DNA of 64,000 nt. It comes from Octopus bimaculoides (lineage: Eukaryota). The DNA lies in the NCBI RefSeq assembly GCF_001194135.2, contig NC_068985.1, positions 86,389,456 to 86,453,455 of the forward strand, given 5' to 3'. The position numbers and the translations under genes are program-made. Positions 51,751-64,000 of the stretch are shown piece by piece (the stretch's first letter is position 1; every line of letters starts with the position of its first letter). A model generated the notes under the pieces. It saw only the letters and a list, made by a program, of their open reading frames with translations. It did not search any database and had not been told where the DNA came from.

Positions 51751-53119
51751 TATGAGGTGTGTGTGTGGGTGTATGTCATACAGGATGACTTGGATATATT
51801 AAATATCCTTCTGTGTTCAGTGAATGATGAATCTTTCATAGTTTTGTTTGATGTTGATAACCAAACCCATTATTAAAATATAAACTATCAATATTGAATA
51901 GCAGTAATAGTTATTTCACTTAGAAAGGTTCACATGATTTACCAGTCCGGTTATGAAAAGAATATTCTATTAGACGACTTCAATTTATTTTACAAAGAAA
52001 TGTTTTTAAATTTTACCAAGCGACATAATGAGAAAAATGTGGGACAGCAATGGTAACAAATGTAGTACCACTGAATACAAATATGATAATGGGATGCCTT
52101 GAGATAAAATTATATACAGATAAAAAAAAAAACTTAAGAAAAAGTATGGACAATTTTTTGTAATTAAAAAAATGAAAGCTGGAAATGGTCTTTTGATGGC
52201 TAATATATCATATGAGAAGATTTGGGTAGAGTCTTCAAATTTAGTGCCTTTATATCAAATAGTAACCAATAACATCCAACTTACAATAGAATACAGCAAA
52301 TATAACTTGTCCAATTAAATAATTGACTACAAAAACTGGGAATAAGATAAAAACGATGTAATTATAAACCAAAAGACTCAATGCAATATTTACTTTTTGT
52401 TTTAAACTATCCAAAACACATGGAAATCATTTTAACATCCAATCCAGCTTAAAGATACGTTTGTAGTGTCAACACAAATTCAAGCAGGTGAAAGAAAGGA
52501 CAAAATGAAGTGAAAGATATGTGGAAAGAAAGACGTTAACCATCGTCATTAATTTAAAATGATAAAGAACAAAGTTAATTGACATTCGGGATTTTAAAAC
52601 CATGAAAAAGGGAAATGACAGTTTTACTTCACATTTTGAGTTCATAAACATTTGAAACTTTTGATGCAATTCATCAAAATTTACTACTTTAAAAACGTGA
52701 ACCATGGACAAGAATTCATGTCAGTAATAAATACACGTTCCATATATTTCACTTTAATTATTTTTTTTTTATTATTATTTGTTAATTTGTTACAATTTAA
52801 CCTATTAACAAATCACTAGTTAGGTGAATTGCTGGTGAATCAGTCACCAGGAAGCTTTGCCCAAATCATTTCATCATCATTTGTCACCTCAGGAATTACA
52901 TGGCTTCTCTACTCCAGGTTTACTTCAGATCTGTCTGTCTTATATTTGCATTTGTCTGAACATGAGAAAGAGTATACATGGGAAAGAGAGAGAAAGAGAG
53001 AGGGAGTGTGTGCATTTCTATGGGCAATGTACCCATAATATATATATATAATGAGTACATTGAAAGTCTTTTTTGTCTTGCAAGTACTTGATGACCCTGT
53101 CAGTGCAAGTGCCACCGAA

Positions 53120-53291
53120 GAGCACCTAGTCCACACTGTAGAGTAGTTGGAGTTTGGAAGGGCATCCAGCTATAAAAATCCTGCCAAAACAGTAGCAGAA
53201 GTTTGGTGCTGGTTTCTGCCTGACTGGCTCTTGTGAAACCATCCCACCCATGCTAGCATGGAAGGTGGACATTAAACGATGATGATGATGA
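53120..53291 (+). mobile_element. RTE family B 3' end
   Basis: ttggaagggcatccagctataaaa...cccatgctagcatggaaggtggacattaaacgatgatgatg. Confidence 0.75.
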
Positions 53292-53844
53292 TATATTTAT
53301 ATATATANNNNNNNNNNNNNNNNNNNNNNNNNNNNNNNNNNNNNNNNNNNNNNNNNNNNNNNNNNNNNNNNNNNNNNNNNNNNNNNNNNNNNNNNNNNNN
53401 NNNNNNNNNNNNNNNNNNNNNNNNNNNNNNNNNNNNNNNNNNNNNNNNNNNNNNNNNNNNNNNNNNNNNNNNNNNNNNNNNNNNNNNNNNNNNNNNNNNN
53501 NNNNNNNNNNNNNNNNNNNNNNNNNNNNNNNNNNNNNNNNNNNNNNNNNNNNNNNNNNNNNNNNNNNNNNNNNNNNNNNNNNNNNNNNNNNNNNNNNNNN
53601 NNNNNNNNNNNNNNNNNNNNNNNAGAGTTGTAAAGTATTTGATAATATATTTCACATAGTAGAAATATCATCTAAGATAGAAATTAATACGTCGAGTGGA
53701 AGAGATTGACATATTTACGATATGAGAACCTTTTCAGCAAACTCTGGGTTTCCCTCTTGGCTGTTTACAACTCTCATGAAAATCCAAGAGAAAAGCTGTA
53801 AATATACAGTCAAATTTTTGATATGATACAATGTAAAATTGGTT

Positions 53845-54042
53845 TTCAATTTTGACACAAGGCCAGTAATCTTGAGGTAAATAGACTACTTTGAGCCCAG
53901 TGCTCAACTGGTACCTATTTTTTTTACCCTGAAAGGATGAAAGGCAAAGTTGACCTTGACAGAATTTGAACTCAGAACATAAAGATGAACGAAATGCAGT
54001 TAAGCAATTCGCCCGGTATGCTAACGATTCTGCCAGCTTTGC
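53845..54042 (-). mobile_element. SINE family A copy, well preserved
   Basis: gaaaggatgaaaggcaaagttgaccttgacagaatttgaactcagaac...gctaacgattctgccagct. Confidence 0.85.
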
Positions 54043-54930
54043 GTCCTCATAATATTAATATATATCTAAACCTATATCTGTTTATTCATAGAAGCATTTA
54101 TGTGTATATACACATATACCTACATGCATACATGTACATATGTATATATTCATATACATATACTTTTATACATACGAAGACAGTTCGTTCAGCAAAAATT
54201 TGACTGACCTTATTATTGGTAGCAATTCACAGAAACAAGAGGCTGTGACAATGATGTTGTATGAAACATTGGCTGCTGTTGTAAAGGTAGAGAACAATAA
54301 AGACATACATTTCTACAGATTTCCATATTAACATTTCCTTTATGCTGTCTACTGACTGCGTTACACAAAACATACATTGTATTCGGCATGACATCACTGA
54401 TTATATCAAAAGCTGATGTGTGTCTGAGAGTTTTCAGGGTGATGCTAATGATGGTGCTGGTCTTGATGGTGATGATGGTGGTTGTGATGGTAGTGTGAAT
54501 TGTAATATTGATGAGGATAATAATAATAATAACAATAATGGTGATGACGGTGATGACAGTGCTGGTTATAATGACAAAGTTATTAGGGAATAACCATAAC
54601 AATTATTGTAATGATACTGTCGAGATGGTTATCACAGTGGGAATGCAGATGCTGCTGATGCTGTTGTCGATCATGATGGTGACAATAATTATGATGATGA
54701 TGATGATATTGATGATGTTAATGAGGCTGGTGTTGATAGCATTAGCAGAGTGATTCTACATGATACTAGTGAAGTGGTGACAATTTTATTGGTCGTCCAG
54801 AAGGGATTGCAAACAATCATGAATTGGATAATCATGATGATGATGATGATGATTGCGAATTGTTACTTTTACACATACATACATTATACATATGTGTACA
54901 CGTGTGTGTAGTATATGGATATATATAAAT

Positions 54931-54961
<31 letters not shown>

Positions 54962-55104
54962 TATATATATATGTACTAAATATTCATTAAGTCTTATCTT
55001 CACATGTCAATGAACAAACATCAATTATTTCAAGTGTATATATTACACACACTTCTCCTGATTGGCTTATTTGTGTGTAAGGTTGTATGTGTATATACTT
55101 ATGT

Positions 55105-55144
<40 letters not shown>

Positions 55145-55829
55145 TTGTATGAGTGTATGCATGCATCTGGGTGAATATATGTGTCTGCGTATTTATGTAA
55201 ATATGAGCTTGTATGTTGCTGTGTGTGTGCACATGTATGTATGTATATATGCATACACGTATATTTATATATGTGTTTGAAGGAGAGTATGTTTGAAGGA
55301 GTGTGTGTTTGAAGGAGTAACATCATTAATCATAGATTATATTCCTCACCACTACATCCTCATTAATATATTTACTCATTAGCATTAGCTTCATTGGTAG
55401 CATCTGTTTTGGTTCCATTGTAATCCTGTCTTCCATTACCTATGGCACCACCTCCACCACGGCCGTCATCATCCTACTATCACCTACTAACTACCACTAC
55501 ACTACCATTTTCTCTGCCATCCACCCACATCCCCATCTGTCACTCCCACTGCCACAACTATCGGGCCACTGTCATCATAGCCACCGTCATCACCACCAAA
55601 CTGGCTCTTCATTGGCCCCGATGACAAGGGTCCCAGTTAATCTGATCAACGGAACAGCCAGCTCATGAAATTAAAGGGCAAGTGGCTGAGTACTCCACAA
55701 GCCCTAATGTTTTACTCTGCTACTTTTTAAGACATATGAACTACTGACCAATATATTTATATATCTGTCTATTCATGCTATGTTATACACACACATACAC
55801 ATGCGTGCATACATACAAACCTATATAAG

Positions 55830-55879
<50 letters not shown>

Positions 55880-55880
55880 G

Positions 55881-55920
<40 letters not shown>

Positions 55921-55936
55921 TGCATATACATATACA

Positions 55937-55974
<38 letters not shown>

Positions 55975-55990
55975 TCTTTCTCTTTCTCAG

Positions 55991-56042
<52 letters not shown>

Positions 56043-56287
56043 CATGCACACACACATATATATAGATATATATACATATATAGGTATGTATGTGTATATA
56101 CATACATGTAAAAGCACACACATATGCATACATATGTGTGTGTATGTATGTAGAATTTTGTTACATAAAATAACAGTGCAAGAATCATATTTGTCATTGT
56201 TTTAGATGGAAAATTTAAAAAAATATATATTGGATTTAAAGGAAATCCGACTTTATTATAAGAAAAATGGATTTTATCAGAATGTAG

Positions 56288-56348
<61 letters not shown>

Positions 56349-57199
56349 ATGTATGTATATAATGCTCTTAGTTTGGAAGATGGTTGCTATGACTATCAGT
56401 ATGACTTGCCATTCTACAGTAAAGTCACAAATAAAAGAATTTGAATCAACATTCTGTTATAACATATTTTGTTTCCATTATAGAAGACTATTTCTAAGTC
56501 TAAAAAAAATTAATGTACGTAATACATTAAAATATATATACTCAGTGCATATATTCTATATTATGCTAAAAAGTTACAGGCCTCAATACAACGAAGTAGA
56601 GAATAAATATGTTCTTTATTACACACCTAAAACTGGACCAAATATTGGTTTCATCTTTGCAAAGGATTGTCAGCAGGAAATTGATTAACCTGTGTACGAA
56701 ACATTCATTTCTAAGAAACTTCATGCCAAGAATTATCCAAAATATTCTTGAAATTTGTCATAAAAAACTGTTTAGTCTCTACATAGCTGCATTGAGATCT
56801 CAAGCTCTGAAACAAAATATACAATCTATTGTCCGAATATATTTGTTGCATATCTTTTTTATATTTTGTAGCAAGTTTGGTGATTATATATAAAGTGTTG
56901 AAATAATATACATATGCTGTAACATTGTCTTGATACTAATTCTGTTATTTATGGCATGGTTCTGGAATGTCAAGATATATCGATTCTCACACCCACTTGT
57001 ATCTGAAATAAGAACATCATTTACAGACATTGACAAAAAGTTTATATGTGTATTCAAGCAATTGGATCTCTCCTTGGAGTCTAATTGTGTTTTGAAATTC
57101 TTTCTTCAGTTTTATATCTAGAGCAATAGGATTCTTTTATATTTTATATGTAGAGAAACATGATTCTTGCATCGACATTTTCTGTGATAAGATTACTGC

Positions 57200-57330
57200 A
57201 CATCATCACCATCATCATTTCTTAGTGTCCACATCCCATGCTGACATGGGTGAAGTGGTTTGACAGGATCCAGCAGGTCAGAGGACTGCGTCAAGCTCCA
57301 ATGCTTGTTTTCGCATAGTTTTGATGGTTG
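57200..57330 (-). mobile_element. RTE family B-related 3' tip
   Basis: catcatcaccatcatcattt...gtccacatcccatgctgacatggg...ggtttgacagga. Confidence 0.6.
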
Positions 57331-57825
57331 GGTACACACACACATATATACAGACACCAAGGCATACACGTACACAGGCACAAACACAAGCCCCCTGTGC
57401 ACATGCATATATTTCTGTACAAAATATGCCCCATGTGTCCAAAACAAAAAGTTTACTCTTCCTTAATAACAAATTGTCACCCAGCCATACCAACACCATC
57501 GCAACCATCAAAGACAGCAACATCACTAACAACACATTCAATAACAAGAGAAACCTCATCAACACCAAGAACCATTGAAACTATGTCACTATAATCTGTT
57601 AATGTTTTGTGCAATAATTGTGTGTGTGTGGTTAAAAAACTTGCTATAGTTAAAATTATTGATTAAATTTAGTTGTTTGTAAGTTCCCAGTGGCTGCTTT
57701 TGGTTATATTTTGGTGATTGGTGCAAATCTCACTCAATTTCCCACAGAAATCATGTTGGATCTGAGAAGAGAACACCATATGAACCCATTGGAAGATTAT
57801 AAATTAGCAAAACCAATAGAGAAGA

Positions 57826-58063
57826 TACATTATTTACATTTGACGGATATTTGTCCTCATCTTGTTTGGTATTAACACAATGTTTCGGCTGATATACCCT
57901 CCAGCCTTCATCAGGTGTCCTGGGGAAATTCCGAACCTGGGTTCTCATTCCTAAGGTATTTTTCGATGTTGCTGTTGCTATTATTCCGGTCACTGCCTAG
58001 AATTGAACTCGGAATCTTGGGGTTAGTAGCCCGCACTCTTAACCCCTATGCCATATGCCTGTG
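57826..58063 (-). mobile_element. Uninterrupted SINE family D copy (tRNA head, short linker, hammerhead body)
   Basis: Minus strand: tggcataggggttaagagtgcgggctactaaccccaagattccgaGTTCAATTCtaggc (A and B boxes), followed by a body highly similar to 24100-24272. Confidence 0.85.
57874..57919 (-). ncRNA. Minimal type I hammerhead ribozyme motif
   Basis: GACAC-CTGATGA-A-GGCTG-gagggtatat-CAGCC-GAAA-C-ATT-GTGTT: intact core, perfect 5-bp stem II and 5-bp stem I. Confidence 0.7.
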
Positions 58064-58529
58064 GACAATTACGGAGTGAATTTTTAGAGCTTATAAATCT
58101 AATAATAGAGATGCTTATGAAACAGATATTAAAAAATGGATTTGTGGTATCACAAATAATGTAGACAACATTTGATGCATCGTGCAATAAAATACTATAA
58201 GAATAACAGGTTTCTAGGCTGGCCAGAAGCAGCACCCAATTTTCTTCATGATAAAATACAGTGGATGACATTCTTATGGGTTTGAATATGCCTCAAGCAT
58301 ATCTGAACTGGTAACAACTTTGAAATTACTAGAATATAGTGGATTGCTGTTAGCTACTTGACAGTCAAAGAATAACATTTTACAAAGTTTAATAAAAGCC
58401 AATTCAGTAACATCAATACCTTCTTTGTGGTTTGATGTTATTGCTTAACATTAAAACTCTTTGTATTTCTTTGTTTTTCTTTTCTCCTATTTTAATTATT
58501 ATTTTAATTATTATTTTCCAAAATTAGGT

Positions 58530-58730
58530 GCTGAATCAACCGAATTCTTAGAGAACGCATGAAAATACTTTGCATGTATTTCTTTGCCTCTTTAATGCTC
58601 TGAGTTCAAGGTCATGTTTATCTGCCATCTTCTGAATGTCTATAAAATAAAATACCAGTCAAGTCCTGGGTTCGATGATACTGACAAACCCCTCCCCTCA
58701 AAACTGCTGGCTTCATGTCTAAATTCAAAA
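58530..58730 (+). mobile_element. SINE family A copy, decayed
   Basis: ctgagttcaag...aaataccagtcaagtcctgggttcgatg...ccctcccctcaaaactgctgg. Confidence 0.65.
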
Positions 58731-59669
58731 AAATTACTCTTTCCCAAGATATCTTTTTAATATGAATGTTTTTTGCTGTAAATATCATTTCAGAATCGAT
58801 TTCCTTTCACTTCTCTGAAATCAGTCCAAAATAGAAAGATTTTCCTGCCTCATAGCATTATAGCCTGTGTAGGGTTTGAAACCATGCTTTGCATAAAGAG
58901 CGATTTAAACAAAATCCGCTTTCAGCAACTCTGCTTCTCTATCAATTAAAATCTTTCTATTCAGTAGCATTTCCTTCCAATATTCCAACAATATCAATGT
59001 TTAGTCAATCACCCATTGGCTTTTTTTATCATTTGTGTCTTGTGAAAATTGTTGAAAACTGTTCAAGTGACTCGAGTGGCTCAAGTGAGAGGGGAAACGA
59101 AACAACTTTAGACAAGCATCTTTATTGATTCACGTTAGTTTGTTTATTATCTTCACTAAAATGCCAAAAGGTGCACAGGAATATGGTGATATTTGTAAGA
59201 TTTTCATTGATTGAAGAGAAAATAAAACCAGCAAAAAGAAAAAAATTAATCAGGCTAAACTAAAATAAATGAAATATTGATTTTATTTTCTTCTCCTGAT
59301 TAATTTGTATGGACAAAACATTCATTGATTCTGGATTTTGAAAATATTTATATCTCTTCTTATTACCGGAAAAAAAAAAGGAGAAAACTTTACAGAATTA
59401 CAATCGGAACACATTAAGATTCTTCTTGTAAAATAATCATTTCTCTGTCAAGAGTGTGATTCATTTTAAAAATTATAATTCTTTAAATATGGTAAATAAA
59501 ATTGATTGTTAACTTGGTTGGTAGCCGGAGATTTATGAGTAACAAGAATTTCAACCAACCAAGTTGGAATGGCATTAAGGAAAATAAAATCTGAGAATCA
59601 AATCCAAACTAATTCAACTCTACTTTGGAAATTTCTTCAGAAATTTCTCAGGAATATTCTTAGATGTTG

Positions 59670-59902
59670 AGCGTGGTCGTTGCCAGAACCGCCTGACTGG
59701 CTCTCATGCCAGTGGCACGTAAAAGCACCCACTACACTCTCAGAGTGGTTGGCATTAGGAAGGGCATCCAGCTGTAGAAACTTTGCCAAATCAGATTGAG
59801 CTTGGTGTAGCCTTCTGGTTCACCAGTCCTCAGTCAAACCGTCCAACCCATGCCAGCATGGAAAGCGGACGTTAAACGACGATGATGATGATGATGATGA
59901 TG
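59670..59902 (+). mobile_element. RTE family B 3' end, well preserved
   Basis: gagcgtggtcgttgccag...ggttggcattaggaagggcatccagctgtagaaac...ggaaagcggacgttaaacgacgatgatg. Confidence 0.85.
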
Positions 59903-60046
59903 CTGGAGTAAGACACTGTTGTCCAACTATGCAGATCCTTTTGAAGTAACCTAGCCATGTCAGCATGGAGATTGTACATTAAAAGTGATAACAATGATGA
60001 TGATGATGATGACGATGATAATGATGATGATAATGATGATGATGAC

Positions 60047-60081
<35 letters not shown>

Positions 60082-60639
60082 CAATGACAATGAGGAAGAT
60101 GAAGATGATAATGGTGAGGATAATTACAACAAAACCGATTCCTAAAATAAGATAGAAAGAAAAATGTGATAACTCCTTGAACTTATTTAGAAGGTGATTT
60201 CTTGACTGTTGCATTTATTTCCTGATGGTGTAAAAACTTGTGAGTGAAGCTGTAAGAATCATCAATAGTAAAATATTTAGAGAATGTCACAGCAAATTTG
60301 TGGGTTGCATTAAGAATAATGTTTAGGATATGAATGGCTGTGACCAGGGCAAACACAGAGATGCCTTTAATAAATTAAAGCTTTTATGAAGACGGTTGTT
60401 CATGACACAAAGCAATTTGGAAATTTTGTAAATAGTGCATAATATTGTATGAAAGATGAATGCAGAAAATGTTTTGTAAGCGTTTTGCAGATCTAAACTC
60501 AAGAAGAAAAAAAAGGCACTTTTCATCGTTTATTTTAATGGTTACATTCTTTAACTTTTTAGGAGAAAATTTGTTACATCAACACCACCCATCAAACATA
60601 CTCTCTTCCACCATCTTCCAATGTGTTTCATCATCATCG

Positions 60640-60650
60640 TCGTCATTGTT

Positions 60651-60700
<50 letters not shown>

Positions 60701-60780
60701 TTAACGTCCCTTTTCCATGCTGACATGGGTTGATAGAAGGTGGCAAGGCAAGCCAGAGAGCTGCCCCAGGATTCAGTTGT
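60640..60780 (-). mobile_element. RTE family B-related 3' tip
   Basis: (CAT)n ttaacgtcccttttccatgctgacatgggttga. Confidence 0.65.
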
Positions 60781-62459
60781 TTGTGTGTTTGTGAAATAAA
60801 CTCTGTTGAAATCAGTGCCAGGAATTCAAGAAGTATTTTTTTTAATTCTCTGAATTGCATTAATGGTTTCTGATTTAGACAGTTCACCAGCAGTCTTTGA
60901 GTGAAGGAAGTAAGCCAATGCCGTCAACCACAGTACTTGACTAGCACTTTATTTCATGGAATCCAAAAAAGTGAAAAGCTGAACATGGCAGAATTTGAAC
61001 TCTTTACAATAAAAACTGATCAAGTTTACTTACATCTGCAGCATCCCAACCATGACTATCACCTCTTATTGCCCTCCGTATTATATCTAGCATTTCATTG
61101 TGCAATGTGCAATGCCTTGTTTATTTATTATGACTATGAAAGAGTGTGATTTGATGGTGATATAGCTGCTATTTCTAGCAGGTTAATCGACTACTTAAAG
61201 TTTTTCCGCTTTAGCTTGTGCTGATTGTAGCTGTTATTGTTGTAATTGTTGTTTTGCCCCAAGTCATCTCTAAATAAGTAAACCTGTTATCAAATGTCAT
61301 TTTGAGGATCCCTTAGTATGTTGAAGCTCTACTCCCAACTGCAACACACATCCATAAAAATTTTTTAAAAAAAGAAGAAAGGGTCTTCACTGACTTTAAA
61401 CTAAAAACGGTTTCTACTCCATGGGAATCACAAAAAAATATCGGTAAAAAAAGGTACTAATTTAATCTTAAGTGCGTCTGTATTATTTCCACCAGTTCAA
61501 CACTATTTTCTTGTGTTGAAACAAAATAAATCAACATGAAGAAGAAATTATCATTTTTCTGATAAATTTCTGTTTTTCATTAAATTTAATTCTGAAAAAA
61601 AATACATAGCATTTTATTTTAGAAAAATTATAAAAAGAAATTTAAAACTAGTTTCTTTCCAATTATTGCAAAGTGATGTTGTTTAACAGCTTAATATCAC
61701 ATACTCTACTGCAACCAGAAACATTTGGAATATATACATTTTAATCAATTTTTTTTTCTTTTATAATATACAGCTTTTAGACAATCTGGAACAGACATAG
61801 AAATGTAAATAATTCTTCACAGTTTTTTTTCTCATCAGTTAATTCCAAAAACTTCTAAAGTGTTTTGGAAGCATAACATTTTCATTTAACATAATGGTGA
61901 AAGAGACCCACTTTACAAGCATTGATAATGTTAATAAATATTCTCAATATAACAACTTATTGATTGTTGTTTGCCTTTGAAGAGGTACAAACATTTGAGT
62001 GTGTGTGTGTGCGTGTGCATGTGTGTGTGTGTGTGCATGTGTGTGTGTGTGCATGTGTGTGTGTGTGCATGTGTGTGTGTGTGTGCATGTGTGTGTGTGT
62101 GTGTAGTATAAATGGTTAAGATCTAAGTACATTTATGAGATGAGCGTAAAAAGGAATAATGTGGTGAGGGTTGCCTATGAGAAGTAAAACCTGCATTTCT
62201 CATATTATTTTGATCAGGATAACCATTACACAAGAATGACCTGGTGTTTTCTGTTATCGAATTTCATACAAGTAAACATACCACAGGACCAGCAACTGTT
62301 GTTTACCACTATTTGTCTCACACAAACTTTGTTGGTATTTTTGATAACCACTCAACCACCACTGGAGGGGTTATCCCATTAGGGTCAACACAGCTTACTC
62401 TCAAACTAGGTACATATATTTATATATATATATAAATATATATATATACATGCATACAC

Positions 62460-62514
<55 letters not shown>

Positions 62515-63016
62515 NNNNNNNNNNNNNNNNNNNNNNNNNNNNNNNNNNNNNNNNNNNNNNNNNNNNNNNNNNNNNNNNNNNNNNNNNNNNNNNNNNNNNN
62601 NNNNNNNNNNNNNNNNNNNNNNNNNNNNNNNNNNNNNNNNNNNNNNNNNNNNNNNNNNNNNNNNNNNNNNNNNNNNNNNNNNNNNNNNNNNNNNNNNNNN
62701 NNNNNNNNNNNNNNNNNNNNNNNNNNNNNNNNNNNNNNNNNNNNNNNNNNNNNNNNNNNNNNNNNNNNNNNNNNNNNNNNNNNNNNNNNNNNNNNNNNNN
62801 NNNNNNNNNNNNNNNNNNNNNNNNNNNNNNNNNNNNNNNNNNNNNNNNNNNNNNNNNNNNNNNNNNNNNNNNNNNNNNNNNNNNNNNNNNNNNNNNNNNN
62901 NNNNNNNNNNNNNNNNNNNNNNNNNNNNNNNNNNNNNNNNNNNNNNNNNNNNNNNNNNNNNNNNNNNNNNNNNNNNNNNNNNNNNNNNNNNNNNNNNNNN
63001 NNNNNNNNNNNNNNNN
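62515..63016. other. Assembly gap (one of eight; others at 242-337, 5335-5718, 16458-16816, 17780-17940, 27336-27896, 48752-48761, 53308-53623)
   Basis: N runs, most of them directly abutting TA/CA or other simple repeats. Confidence 0.99.
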
Positions 63017-63065
<49 letters not shown>

Positions 63066-63068
63066 GCA

Positions 63069-63100
<32 letters not shown>

Positions 63101-64000
63101 CACACGCACACACACACACAATATGTGTGTGTGTGTGTGTACCTTTCACTGCTATATATTGCCAAAAGGACATAATACAGCAGTAAAAAGAAGTTACTCT
63201 TCCATTGAAGTCCTTTCCACTGAATTTCCCCCACTCGCTTCTGCTGATCTCCCACCACCAAAAAAAGGCAGTGAATCAATGACAAGGCCATTGAAAAAGC
63301 TATAAGTGGTGACACCATGGCTTATGAATTGTCATAACAAGCACAGCATTTGCAGACTGAGGTAGGTTTGATTGAACAAACCCAAATATATTACTGGTAT
63401 TTAGTGTGTCAAAGTTGGATGAAAGAAAAGAAACAAACTTTCCAAGTTATTCAAGTCCAGAATTTACAGTTCTGCTGACACTGTCTTCAATGTTTCCTAA
63501 TTATTTAGAAGCAAACATTTGTTGGCATTGCAATTACTTTATGGCCAGTTATCTAAATGAGTTTACTAAAAGACCTCGATTGGAATAATATAGCGTCAGT
63601 GCTTATTGAAGAACTAAAATGACATTGCTATGACTTGATCATTAAATTTTGCTGAGGTTTCATCGAAAACTTCTTACTAGATTAAATAGGAGGCATTAAA
63701 GAAGAGGAAAAATAAGCAAAACAAAATGTTAAATATTGAGAAGAAATCTAAAGGAAGTAGCTTTAATCTTTGTTGATGCTTGAAAGATGTTAGGAATGTC
63801 CAGGCTTTGGAATTAATGGTGTGAAAAAACTGTCTACAAAATGGGTGAATCAGCAAATGAACTGTGAAAAAGAGTAAACTCACATATGGAGGTTTGATTT
63901 TTATGATATAATGAAAGAAATTTACCTAAGTCACCAATATTAAGAACTGTCTCAAATAAATACGGTCAAACTGGTTAAAAAAAAAAAAAACTTAATGATA

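Noticed and set aside
56206-56688. 160-aa ORF
   Set aside because: Partly (TA)n-derived, very AT-rich, with no recognisable motif or convincing splice context.

Overview
AT-rich, microsatellite-dense eukaryotic DNA with eight N-gaps. I recognised no intact protein-coding gene. The repeat content suggests a coleoid cephalopod, probably an octopus (inference), and the window reads like the inside of a very long intron or gene-poor DNA. That content comprises three abundant tRNA-derived SINE families, RTE 3' ends with (GAT)n tails, and Dong/R4, Tx1, Penelope, mariner, maT, Helentron-type and piggyBac-type remnants. Every recognisable protein signal is a decayed transposon. The long ORFs in the track are microsatellite or N-gap artefacts. 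The most interesting signal is a roughly 240-bp tRNA-headed SINE in two copies (23500-24272, split by an RTE insertion; 57826-58063, minus strand). Its body folds into a minimal Penelope-type hammerhead ribozyme: stem I GACAC/GUGUU, CUGAUGA, stem II GGCUG/CAGCC, GAAA, palindromic AACGUU. A second, unrelated hammerhead-like motif lies at 42023-42058, beside a 150-bp-arm foldback. Several long inverted repeats could form dsRNA (ADAR substrates). A few minus-strand exon candidates are noted at low confidence.
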